Source: Spirochaetaceae bacterium
Lineage (GTDB): Bacteria > Spirochaetota > Spirochaetia > DSM-2461
DNA length: 64,000 nucleotides
Reading direction: 5' to 3'
Assembly: GCA_051531975.1 (NCBI GenBank)
Contig: JAOPTT010000009.1
Span: 128,001 to 192,000 of the forward strand
Positions within the stretch are counted from its first letter, which is position 1. Each line of letters begins with the position of its first letter. A program made the translations under genes and the position numbers. Under the pieces are notes generated by a model. That model did no database searches. It saw only the letters and a program-made list of their open reading frames with translations, and was not told where the DNA came from. Of the stretch, positions 40,775-50,482 are shown in pieces.

Positions 40775-41856
40775 AAAGAGTTATCCTTGGTGCCGGAATG
40801 TTTTTTCTGGCAATCACATCTCTGTTCTCAGAGGTTGATATAGACACATCCTTATCAGCATTAATTACAGCTGGAATGGTTGGAGATGAGGATATTACAT
40901 CCTCTGGTCTAGCCACAGGGTTATTCTCGGTAAAATCGGTGGGGAATAAAAATGTAAAATCCCAATTAACACTAGATTTTACCTCTATAAGAAGCCTTGG
41001 GACTTTATCTATTAGTAAGGCATTTATTAAGTTTCGTTACCCTGATATTAGAGCAACAATTGGTAAAACCAGAATTACCTGGGGTGACGGAGCCGCTTTT
41101 AATGCTGGAGATGTTATCTTTGATGATTATATAGCACCAGGAGGGGAGGTCGAAAATGTTGATCTAACCGCCGATGAGTTAAAATCTATGAACAGAACTA
41201 TGGTTTTATTAATCTATCCATTAGGACGTTTTACATTTTTAGAAGGTATATATCTTCCATACGACTTTTTCTCTGTAGATGATTTAGGACTTATTGCGAC
41301 AGGTGAACTTCCTGAGGATGAGGAGTTAGACCAACACAGCATTGGTGGGCGTTTTGTATCAAAAGCTGGTGGAATAAAATTAGAAACTGGCTATATCTAT
41401 AATGGATTTTCAGAAGTTCATAAACCATATGTAAGTTTTAATGGAACAATGTTTTTAGATTACCACTTATCTGCATCTGTAAATATCACAAATGGTGAAA
41501 CAGATTTTGATGATTGGGATGAAACATTAAAAATTACTACAGGGCTTTTTTATCTATTTGACTTAGAAAATGATATAACACTTACTACAAGGTTAGAAGC
41601 ACAAATTAAACCATATGCTGATTGGGATTCTGATGCATTGTTACTCTATCCTGAAATTGCTTTTGTCCCAAATGAAGAGTTATCTCTATTTGTAAGGGCT
41701 ATTATTAACCCTCTTGATGTAAGTACTGAGAGCTCTTTAGGGCTTAATTGGAGAACCTACCAAGGTTTTACTATAGGTTCATTTTTGACTGCTGATTTTG
41801 TAGAGGATGAAGATACTGAATTGGCATTAACAATTATGGTGACACATAAATTTTAA
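40768..41856 (+). CDS. Probable outer-membrane beta-barrel protein
   Basis: Signal peptide, alternating beta-strands, IGKTRITWG, C-terminal Phe (VTHKF). Confidence 0.65.
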   Translation: MVKRVILGAGMFFLAITSLFSEVDIDTSLSALITAGMVGDEDITSSGLATGLFSVKSVGNKNVKSQLTLDFTSIRSLGTLSISKAFIKFRYPDIRATIGKTRITWGDGAAFNAGDVIFDDYIAPGGEVENVDLTADELKSMNRTMVLLIYPLGRFTFLEGIYLPYDFFSVDDLGLIATGELPEDEELDQHSIGGRFVSKAGGIKLETGYIYNGFSEVHKPYVSFNGTMFLDYHLSASVNITNGETDFDDWDETLKITTGLFYLFDLENDITLTTRLEAQIKPYADWDSDALLLYPEIAFVPNEELSLFVRAIINPLDVSTESSLGLNWRTYQGFTIGSFLTADFVEDEDTELALTIMVTHKF

Positions 41857-41870
41857 AAAAAGGGGAGTAG

Positions 41871-43133
41871 ATGTTTTTAATAAAGTTAGCCTTTAAAAAT
41901 CTTACCAGGCATAAGAGAAGAACTATTATTACCTCTTCGGCACTAGCTGTTGGTTTAATAATGTTTCTGCTTTTAGATTCTCTATTAGTTGGAATGTTTG
42001 AAGCTTCAAATACAAACTTAAAGGACTCAGAAACTGCAGAAGGTAAAGTTTTAACTACTGGAGCATTTGAAGATATAAAATTTCTCCCTTTTAATAATCG
42101 AGTAAAAGATCCAGATTCAATAATGGAAATAATAGAAGAGTTAGGTGGTAAAGCTTCAAAACGTGTTGTCATAAATGCGGATATGATCTTTACCGAGGAA
42201 TACTTTCCATTAGCAGGTTCTACCCCCATACTTTTTACATCTGTTGATTTAAAAACTGATAACAACGCATATAATGTTTTCAGAAATCGATATTTAGTTG
42301 ATGGTCGGTTTATGGAAGAAGGATCCGATGAAGTTGTAATGGGGTCATGGTTAGCAGAGGATATTGGAGCAGAAGTTGGTGATTGGTTTACCATCTCTAC
42401 TAGAACAGCCCCAGATGATGACGATCCAGGATATCAACAAACAATTGATGTCGAAATTGTTGGTTTAGTAAAGGTTGAAAACCCAATGATAAATAGACGT
42501 GTTGTCTATTATCCTCTTGATATGTCCGATTATTACTTAGATCTTTATGGATCTGTAACAGAGGTCGCACTTAGAGTTCCCTTTGGTGAAACATTAGAAG
42601 AGTTTCAAGATCGAATTAATCCAAAATTACCTAAAGATCTGAAATATTATACCTGGAAAGAGGTTGCTGCTGACTACGTAAAATTATTAGAAGCTGAGAC
42701 TGGAGGAAGTGCAGTTATTTTGTTTCTTATTGTTTTAATAGCATTAGTAGGTATTACAAATACAATGTTAATGACTATAAATGAGAGACAGAGAGAACTT
42801 GGAATGATGAGAGCTTTAGGAATGTCAGGTAAAGATATTAGATTAGCTTTCCTCTACGAAGCTGCGGGAATAGGAATAATAGGTTCTGTTATTGGTGTTC
42901 TACTGGGAGTATTACTAAATATACCAATGGTAGAGTATGGTATAGATTACTCCTCCTATATGAGAAACACAGATATGGGGTATAAAATTAGTGCAATCAT
43001 GAGAGGGTCATGGAATATACCGTCATTTTTTATCGCTTTCTTCTCAGGGATTATTATTCCAGTTCTTGTCGGTATTATTCCTACAAAAAAAGCGATACTT
43101 AAAAGTATTCCAGACTGTATAAGTAGTAGGTAG
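41871..43133 (+). CDS. ABC permease, FtsX/LolC-E-like (copy A2, paralog of 37548-38810)
   Basis: Same length (420 aa) and long shared blocks with A1. Confidence 0.9.
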   Translation: MFLIKLAFKNLTRHKRRTIITSSALAVGLIMFLLLDSLLVGMFEASNTNLKDSETAEGKVLTTGAFEDIKFLPFNNRVKDPDSIMEIIEELGGKASKRVVINADMIFTEEYFPLAGSTPILFTSVDLKTDNNAYNVFRNRYLVDGRFMEEGSDEVVMGSWLAEDIGAEVGDWFTISTRTAPDDDDPGYQQTIDVEIVGLVKVENPMINRRVVYYPLDMSDYYLDLYGSVTEVALRVPFGETLEEFQDRINPKLPKDLKYYTWKEVAADYVKLLEAETGGSAVILFLIVLIALVGITNTMLMTINERQRELGMMRALGMSGKDIRLAFLYEAAGIGIIGSVIGVLLGVLLNIPMVEYGIDYSSYMRNTDMGYKISAIMRGSWNIPSFFIAFFSGIIIPVLVGIIPTKKAILKSIPDCISSR

Positions 43134-43193
43134 CCTGGTCGGAACACATATGTATGCACATTGCCTGCTCAGCTAGGTAACCAAGGAGATAAT

Positions 43194-44417
43194 ATGAAGC
43201 TTAAAAAAATAGCCATAAGAAATATTAAACGGAATAAAAAGAGATCCATGTTATCGATTATAGCTACAGCAATTGCAACTTTTGCTATTGTATTTATGTT
43301 CTCATATATTAAAGGTATGGAACTTGATATGAAGGATATGGCATACCATTACGATACTGGTGAAGTTCAAATTAGAAATAAAAAAGTAGATGAGAAGATA
43401 TTCTCGTTAGACAGAGCAGTAGATGATTATAAAAATATAATTTCGATTATACAAAAAGAGTTACCCCAATTGGAAATATCTCCAAGACTTCGGTTTCCAT
43501 CCCAGGTTCTAAAAGATGATAGAACGTTTACATGTTTTGGAATTGCAGTAGATTTTGAAACAGAACAAAAGTATTTAAAACTAGAAGAGAAGATTATAGA
43601 GGGGCGACTTCCAAAATCTCCTAGGGAAGTTTTTATGGGCATCGGTTTAGCCCAGGAGTTAGGACTGAATATAGGTGATAAATTTACCCCAATAACCATG
43701 ACTAGAAAAGAAGCTAGCTCCGGGATTACTTTCAAAGTTGTAGGTTTTGGGAAGTTTTCTAATAGTGCTTTTACAAATAAAACTTTTTTAGCACCATTAA
43801 CAGATATTCCTACAATTTTAAAAATGAAAGATGCAGTCTCTGAAATACTATTTAAAAACATAGGTGATGATTATTGGCTTTCTACAGCTGACGAGATAAA
43901 TAAAATCTTAGAAAAAAACGGTTATGATCAAGTAGAAGCTCTTTCCTGGACTGTTGTTGGATTAAACTATGGAATGTTAGAGATGGCGGATATTGCATAC
44001 TCAATTATGGCTCTATTCTTTTTTGCATTAGCCAGTACTGTTATTGCAAATACTATGTTAATGGTTGTATTTGAGAGGAAGAAAGAGATTGGAACGATTA
44101 CAGCAATGGGAATGACAAGCAATGAAGTAATTAGACTATTTTTTCTTGAAGCATTAATGTTAGGTATTTTAGGTGCTGGTTTGGGAGTTCTATTAGGTGT
44201 TATTCTAGTAATTCCTCTCTCATATATCGGTATGGACCTCTCATCTATGGCTGACTCTGTAGACTTTGGTATCTCATTTCTAATCTACCCTCAGTTAACA
44301 CTAAAATCCACAGTTTTTGTATTTTTCTATTCGGTTTTTGTTGCCTCATTTGTCTCTTTTTTCCCATCAAGAAGTGCAGCAAAGGTAGACCCTGTAGTAG
44401 CATTAAGAGCAGAATGA
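43194..44417 (+). CDS. ABC permease, FtsX/LolC-E-like (copy B2, paralog of 38820-40049)
   Basis: ATG 43194 after AAGGAG; ends AAKVDPVVALRAE like B1. Confidence 0.9.
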   Translation: MKLKKIAIRNIKRNKKRSMLSIIATAIATFAIVFMFSYIKGMELDMKDMAYHYDTGEVQIRNKKVDEKIFSLDRAVDDYKNIISIIQKELPQLEISPRLRFPSQVLKDDRTFTCFGIAVDFETEQKYLKLEEKIIEGRLPKSPREVFMGIGLAQELGLNIGDKFTPITMTRKEASSGITFKVVGFGKFSNSAFTNKTFLAPLTDIPTILKMKDAVSEILFKNIGDDYWLSTADEINKILEKNGYDQVEALSWTVVGLNYGMLEMADIAYSIMALFFFALASTVIANTMLMVVFERKKEIGTITAMGMTSNEVIRLFFLEALMLGILGAGLGVLLGVILVIPLSYIGMDLSSMADSVDFGISFLIYPQLTLKSTVFVFFYSVFVASFVSFFPSRSAAKVDPVVALRAE

Positions 44418-44435
44418 TTTATATTAGGAGATAAA

Positions 44436-45023
44436 ATGAGTCCAGTAAAAGTCCCTACAAGAGATGAAGCTTTAGAGCTTTTTAAAAAATATAATAAAAC
44501 AGAGAGCCTTTTAAAACACGCTCTATCCGTAGAAGCTGTAATGCGATATATTGCAGCAAAATTAGGTGAGGATGTTGAACATTGGGGTATTATTGGCCTT
44601 GTTCATGATATTGATTACGAAATGTATCCAGATAAACATTGTATAAAATGTGAAGAGATACTAAATAAAAATAGTTGGCCAAAAGAGTATGTTAGATCAG
44701 TTGTTAGCCATGGTTGGGGCATTTGTTCTGATATTAAGCCAGAATCACTATTAGAAAAGTATCTATATACAATAGATGAACTTACAGGTCTTGTTGCAAC
44801 AACATCCCTTGTTAGACCTTCTAAAAGTGTATTGGATACCAAAGTTAAATCTGTAAAAAAGAAATGGAAAAACAAAAACTTTGCTGCAGGTGTTGATCGA
44901 TCTATAATTGAAAACGGAGCAGCTATTCTTGAACTTGAAATAGCAGATGTCATTGATCTAACTATAATGGGTATGAGAACAGCTGCAAAAGAGATTGGAC
45001 TAGAAGGAAATGTGGATATCTAG
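44436..45023 (+). CDS. HD-domain hydrolase (HDIG)
   Basis: LLKHALSVE, GLVHDIDYE, VVSHG, DELTG. Confidence 0.88.
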   Translation: MSPVKVPTRDEALELFKKYNKTESLLKHALSVEAVMRYIAAKLGEDVEHWGIIGLVHDIDYEMYPDKHCIKCEEILNKNSWPKEYVRSVVSHGWGICSDIKPESLLEKYLYTIDELTGLVATTSLVRPSKSVLDTKVKSVKKKWKNKNFAAGVDRSIIENGAAILELEIADVIDLTIMGMRTAAKEIGLEGNVDI

Positions 45024-47365
45024 TCCTTTTTTTTACCTCTGAATGTAGATATATAGTAAAGAATTATTAATATATCTATTTTTAGTATTTCGTCAGTAGA
45101 ATTTTCTGAATACTCCTCAGCCTGAGTTGTAAACCACCACCAGATTCCAGTCTTTTGATCCAGAGGAAATAGATGTTCTAAGTATGTCATCTCTTTATCA
45201 GAACTGTCCTTATCTAAGATGGTTCTGACTATAGTGATACTTGATATTTTAAGCATAGCAAAACATTCACTGTATTTATTTTCATCTAATAAAGCTTCTA
45301 TTTTTTTGAATCTTAAAACCAATCTTTTTCTGTTTTCTGCACTAAGTGAATTAGAACTACATTTAGATATCAGCTTTTCTGTATTTTTAATAACATCCGT
45401 AAATAGATGTTTAATATGTGTAGTTCTATTTGAATCTTTACCAGTTATATATTTATAAAATTCCCCAGGTTTCCCTAATAAGTTACCAATAGAAATAGCT
45501 AACTGCCTGGCTAATACTGGATTTAAAGAGCAGTGCATTTTGGGAATAATATCCCATACCGCTTCTAAAACACCAAGCTGAGATATTGCAACAGCTCCAG
45601 TAGCAGCAAGTTTATCAGATTTATTTTTGAATATATTTAATAAGTTCTTTATTGATTCATCGCTTCCTAACATCCCTAATGCTTTAACTGCAGCGGTTTG
45701 AAGTTCTTCGGATTCTGAATCTAAAGCTGAAAAAAGAACAGGTAGTGCACTCTCTGCACCTATCTTACCTAGGGCTAACGCAGCTTGACTTCGGATTGTT
45801 GAATTTTCATCCTTTACCTCGTTCATTAATGGTTCAACGGCCTCAAGGCTTCTAATTCTACCTAACGCTCTTGCTGCTTCCTCTCTAACTTCTGAGTCTG
45901 GATCGTATAGTCTACTTAAAATATCATCTAGAGCTATATCATCTGAATCACCATCTATTGCTCTTAAAGTTTTCTCTATTTTATTGGAACTTGTTGTACC
46001 ACTTAAAGTACCCATATTTGAGAAAGTTCTAAAAACACCAGGTCTAACAACACGACTTACAACAAATTTCAGAGGTTTACTCTTATTCTCTTTTACACTA
46101 GAAATTATTAACAGACCTATAACTATTAAAAATAGTGATAACAGAAGAATGATATGAATATTATTAACATGGAAACTATTAAAAATGGTTAGATCAATTC
46201 CCTCTGTCTTATCTTTTAACATCCCTCCGAAATAAGCTCCACCAGCTGATATTACCCCAACTATTGTCATATTCCAAGCAACAAAAGCTGTTCTGTTTTT
46301 ATCTGGAGTTAGGCTTAACATCATCTGGTTTATTCCATCCCATAAAGCAGGTGCTAATAAACCACTAGAGATAGCAATAAGTGGTAAAATAAATGTGTAG
46401 TTATTTGAAGTTAAAATAAAATAAAAAAGATTTGCAAAAGCAGATAAACATCCAATCATTAACACTGGTTTTCGACCAAACTTATCCATTATTAAACCCC
46501 ATGATGGAGATACTAATATCCAGGTTAACTGGGAGATTACAAACATTATACCTAACCATGTATTAGGTGCTGCTATAGCATCTTTAGCTGTAATATAAGG
46601 AGCTGTAAAAGGAGCAAATACTATAACTGCAAATACTGTAACACCTACTCCAACTGAAAAGAGTATGAAGTTTTTATTGGCTAATGGTTCTAAAAAATTA
46701 GTAAGAGACAATTTCTCTTTCTGTTTCTGTAAAGGTTCTGGAACAAATATAAACGCGATCATATCTGCTATTCCAGCAACTGAAGCTATTGAAAAAATTA
46801 CCCCATAGACAACAAAGATATTAACACTTGTCCATGTATCTAGAGCAACTGAACAACCCATAAACCAGATTATATTAACTATGTTTGATATAGATGAACG
46901 TTGGCCAAAAAATGTGGCTCTAATATTATCAGGGATAAGGTCCGCCATCCAACTCCACCAACCAGCACTACTTGAACTTGATAAAATATTACTAATAGCG
47001 GCACCTAAAAATACTATTTTTATGACCATGCTACTATCATTTGATCTAGCCATATAAAAACTGGTTATAGCTAACAACACACCTAAAAGTCTATGAATAA
47101 GATGCATGATTATAAAGTATTTTTTCCGTGTTTTTAGTTTTCCATAAACAATAATTCCCAATAAATTAAATAGAGTTGATAGCTGTACTATTCCAATTAA
47201 AATTCCTAATTGGCTAGAAGTTGCACCTAAATGATTTGTGAAAAAAACATTAAAAATCGGTTGTGGTGAACATACTGCAAACCAGATTGTAAACGCCCCA
47301 CCTCCAAATAAGTTTAACTTTAAAGATCTATTAAATTCTTTTTGTGAAATATTATTATTGTCCAT
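45020..47365 (-). CDS. MFS transporter fused to C-terminal HEAT repeats
   Basis: About 12 TM (WGLIMDKFGRK motif A), then repeats DPDSEVREEAARALG / DENSTIRSQAALALG / SESEELQTAAVKALG. Confidence 0.85.
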   Translation of the reverse strand: MDNNNISQKEFNRSLKLNLFGGGAFTIWFAVCSPQPIFNVFFTNHLGATSSQLGILIGIVQLSTLFNLLGIIVYGKLKTRKKYFIIMHLIHRLLGVLLAITSFYMARSNDSSMVIKIVFLGAAISNILSSSSSAGWWSWMADLIPDNIRATFFGQRSSISNIVNIIWFMGCSVALDTWTSVNIFVVYGVIFSIASVAGIADMIAFIFVPEPLQKQKEKLSLTNFLEPLANKNFILFSVGVGVTVFAVIVFAPFTAPYITAKDAIAAPNTWLGIMFVISQLTWILVSPSWGLIMDKFGRKPVLMIGCLSAFANLFYFILTSNNYTFILPLIAISSGLLAPALWDGINQMMLSLTPDKNRTAFVAWNMTIVGVISAGGAYFGGMLKDKTEGIDLTIFNSFHVNNIHIILLLSLFLIVIGLLIISSVKENKSKPLKFVVSRVVRPGVFRTFSNMGTLSGTTSSNKIEKTLRAIDGDSDDIALDDILSRLYDPDSEVREEAARALGRIRSLEAVEPLMNEVKDENSTIRSQAALALGKIGAESALPVLFSALDSESEELQTAAVKALGMLGSDESIKNLLNIFKNKSDKLAATGAVAISQLGVLEAVWDIIPKMHCSLNPVLARQLAISIGNLLGKPGEFYKYITGKDSNRTTHIKHLFTDVIKNTEKLISKCSSNSLSAENRKRLVLRFKKIEALLDENKYSECFAMLKISSITIVRTILDKDSSDKEMTYLEHLFPLDQKTGIWWWFTTQAEEYSENSTDEILKIDILIILYYISTFRGKKKD

Positions 47366-47417
47366 ACATCTTTTTTAAACTCTTAAAAGCTATTAGTCTA
47401 TAGCTATTGGAGATTTT

Positions 47418-48320
47418 ATGACAAAAAAGAGTTTACTCATTATTTTCTGTTACTTAGCTATCTACCTAATTTGGGGAACTACATATTATTTCATAGCAAA
47501 AGCTGTAGAAACAATACCACCAAGTGTTGTGGTTTCTTTTAGATTTTTAGTAGGTGGACTTGTTATATTTTTAATACCAATACTCAGTGGGAAGATTAAA
47601 AGATTACCTACAAAACAAGAGGTTGGGACTTCAATATTTTTAGGATTTTTTCTACTTATTATGGGAAATGGAATAGTAACCTTTGCAGAGCAAACAATAG
47701 ATAGTTATATTGCGTCTCTAATAATTAGCACTGTTCCATTAATTATTGCTCTTATGAATATGATTATATTTAGAACAAAATTAAATTATAAACAGATCTT
47801 AGGTTTTTTTATCGGTTTTACTGGTGTTGCATTTTTACTCTATAACGATACTCCAAGAGATCCTGCAGAATTTCAGGGTATTTTGTTGCTGTTTTTAGCA
47901 ATTTTTTGCTGGGGTTTTGGAACAGTTTGGTCAAAAAAACTTACTCATCATTACGATACTTTTTTTTCCACTGGAATGCAGATGATTTTTGCAGGAATAA
48001 TAGCTTTTATTGTAACTATAATTCAGGGAGAAGATCTTAACCTCATTTTAAACAATAGCAGCCAACTCTCAATGTTCTCTGTACTGTTTTTAACCTTTGT
48101 TGGTGGTTCTGCTATTGGTGCTTATAATTATTTGTTAAAAAATCAACCAACAGGAAGGATCTCTAGTTACGCCCTAGTAAATCCGTTAATTGCGACTATT
48201 GTTGGACTATATATCGGTGGAGAGCAGCCAGCTAAGTATTTGTGGATAGGAATAATCCTTATTTTAACTGGCTTAGTATTCATGCTCTATTTAGCTAGAG
48301 TTAAAAAGCCTAAACTCTGA
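47418..48320 (+). CDS. EamA/DMT family transporter (YedA-like)
   Basis: AIYLIWGTTY, about 10 TM, SYALVNPLIA. Confidence 0.9.
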   Translation: MTKKSLLIIFCYLAIYLIWGTTYYFIAKAVETIPPSVVVSFRFLVGGLVIFLIPILSGKIKRLPTKQEVGTSIFLGFFLLIMGNGIVTFAEQTIDSYIASLIISTVPLIIALMNMIIFRTKLNYKQILGFFIGFTGVAFLLYNDTPRDPAEFQGILLLFLAIFCWGFGTVWSKKLTHHYDTFFSTGMQMIFAGIIAFIVTIIQGEDLNLILNNSSQLSMFSVLFLTFVGGSAIGAYNYLLKNQPTGRISSYALVNPLIATIVGLYIGGEQPAKYLWIGIILILTGLVFMLYLARVKKPKL

Positions 48321-49771
48321 TATAGTTCAAGAACTCTGTTATTTAATTCTTTATATAAATCTGTATTAAAACCTCTGGTTAGTTGGTTTGCAATATCGGA
48401 AATCAGGGAGTGTAAATCTTCATTCTGGTTAAAAAGAGGAATATAAATTTTATTTATAGTATTTGGTTGAGCAAAAGATTTTGCACCTTCTTCGTTTAAT
48501 AAATTAAGTTGACTTTTAAATATTTTAGAATTCATAATACCACAAAGGAAGTGTCCCTCTAGTTCTGTCTCTGTTGGAATATAACAATTCATGGACTGAT
48601 TTGGTATTGTATCGGTTGTAAGTGCTGCAACTAACTCTTTGGCTCCTAAACCTCTCCATACAACTTTATATTTTGCGCAAGTATATGGCCCAACTCCAAA
48701 TAGAGAGTACCAACACTTTTGGGCAAATCTAGATTTCCTATGTTCTAATTTTTCTCTAAAACCTGATAAATAATTATATGCAATAGGGTAGTTTGCCATC
48801 AAAGTTTCTTCAGGTATAAGTTTTCCATTTTTATACGGATATAATATCTGGTAACTAGGTTCGTAATTAAAGGGGTTTATATCAGAACTTTTTAGAAGTG
48901 GTTTTAATAATTTTGATTCGAAGGCTGGCTTTTCTTTAAAAAAGAAAACACTGTTTGCACCTAAGGTATTAACACCTTGTCTAGCTTTATATTCTGATGT
49001 TTGTAATATTGTCTGCCCTTGCTCTACTAAATCATCCCCAGCTTTTACTAATTTAATTATCCTGTTATTTACAATATACTTTATAGGAAACTTAGTTTTA
49101 CCACCATTTTTAGCTAAAATATAGAAGCAATTACGTGTTGTATTATTAAATGGATTATCATCACTAATATCGACAATGGACTCTACGACAATGTTTTGAA
49201 ATTTTCTAAAACCAGCAGATGCTGAATTACCTTTAATTAATGAGTTAGGAAGGATAACTCCAATTCGTCCACTGTTTTTTAAATATTGTTTTACTGTGAA
49301 TGCAAAAATTAATTGTGAAATATCCCCTCTACTATCACCTAGTAACATTTTAAAACCTTTTGATTCAGGAAAGTAAGATAACCATATAGGTTTTATCTTT
49401 TCTCGGTAATCTTCATCTAAGTCTGAAAAATTAATAAATGGAGGATTCCCAATATATAAATCACATTTTGGTATAGGGAATTTATCTAATAATATATCCC
49501 CTTTAAAGTAGTGTAAGTTTTTAATTCCTTTTATATCTTCTAGGACATTATTATAAATGGTCTCATTTTTTTCTATACCATAAAATTCAATTTCTTGGTT
49601 TTTTTTTGCTAGATCTATTAAAAAATTACATGAGCCTGCTGCAGAATCTATTACATGTTTAACATTATTAAGTTTAAAGTGAGAAGTTATTTTATTAACA
49701 ACATGAAGCTTAGTAAAAAATATCCCTTGCTTTAATCTAGTCTTTGAATCTATTTGGTTCTCTATATCCAT
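48287..49771 (-). CDS. DNA amino-methyltransferase (N6-adenine, gamma class; TaqI/Eco57I-like)
   Basis: GIFFT, motif I IDSAAGSCNF, motif IV IGNPPF, C-terminal TaqI_C-like target-recognition region. Confidence 0.82.
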   Translation of the reverse strand: MDIENQIDSKTRLKQGIFFTKLHVVNKITSHFKLNNVKHVIDSAAGSCNFLIDLAKKNQEIEFYGIEKNETIYNNVLEDIKGIKNLHYFKGDILLDKFPIPKCDLYIGNPPFINFSDLDEDYREKIKPIWLSYFPESKGFKMLLGDSRGDISQLIFAFTVKQYLKNSGRIGVILPNSLIKGNSASAGFRKFQNIVVESIVDISDDNPFNNTTRNCFYILAKNGGKTKFPIKYIVNNRIIKLVKAGDDLVEQGQTILQTSEYKARQGVNTLGANSVFFFKEKPAFESKLLKPLLKSSDINPFNYEPSYQILYPYKNGKLIPEETLMANYPIAYNYLSGFREKLEHRKSRFAQKCWYSLFGVGPYTCAKYKVVWRGLGAKELVAALTTDTIPNQSMNCYIPTETELEGHFLCGIMNSKIFKSQLNLLNEEGAKSFAQPNTINKIYIPLFNQNEDLHSLISDIANQLTRGFNTDLYKELNNRVLELYQSLGFLTLAK

Positions 49772-49846
49772 CGGTGTTATTATAATAGAAATAGAATTTC
49801 ATGAATACCACTATGAAAAGGAACAATTTAGGACGATAATAAAATC

Positions 49847-50482
49847 ATGATAGAGTACATATACGAAAATAATATTGATGATAGAGCAATTCGAAAGGCT
49901 TGTTTTATCCTGGATAAGGGTGGTTTAGTTGCATTTCCAACAGAGTCTAGTTGGTCCATTGGCTGCAGTATTAACTCAAAAGAGGGTCTAAAAAAGCTAA
50001 AAACCTTAAAAGGTGATAAAAAGATTAACTCCATAAGTATTTTGTGCTCAAATATTCAGCAGATACAAGAGATGGCTAATCTATCTAATAGTAACTTTAA
50101 ACTTATAAAACAGCATACTCCTGGACCATATGTATTTATTCTTCCCGCTAAAGCTAGAATAGAAAAAGTAATTAATATGAAAAGAGCAGAGGTTGGAGTA
50201 AGAATTCCTGGAAATAAAATTCCTTTTGCTCTGATTGCCCAACATGAACATCCACTATTTGTTATAACTGCAGCTAGAGAGATGACCGAAGGTGATAGTT
50301 GGGACTATACGTTTACAAGAGAGAATCTCTATACCCATGGTTGGGAAGTTGAAGATATCCCTGGTCTTGATCTGGTTTTAGATACTGGAGAAGAACTACA
50401 TACATATTTATCTACAGTGGTAAGACTTACAGAGGATGAACCAGAAATTATTAGAGAGGGAACGGGTTTTACTGAACTTTGA
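49847..50482 (+). CDS. yciO: Sua5/YciO/YrdC family protein (YciO-like)
   Basis: VAFPTES, TPGPYVFILPA, VGVRIPG, STVV, IIREG. Confidence 0.85.
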   Translation: MIEYIYENNIDDRAIRKACFILDKGGLVAFPTESSWSIGCSINSKEGLKKLKTLKGDKKINSISILCSNIQQIQEMANLSNSNFKLIKQHTPGPYVFILPAKARIEKVINMKRAEVGVRIPGNKIPFALIAQHEHPLFVITAAREMTEGDSWDYTFTRENLYTHGWEVEDIPGLDLVLDTGEELHTYLSTVVRLTEDEPEIIREGTGFTEL

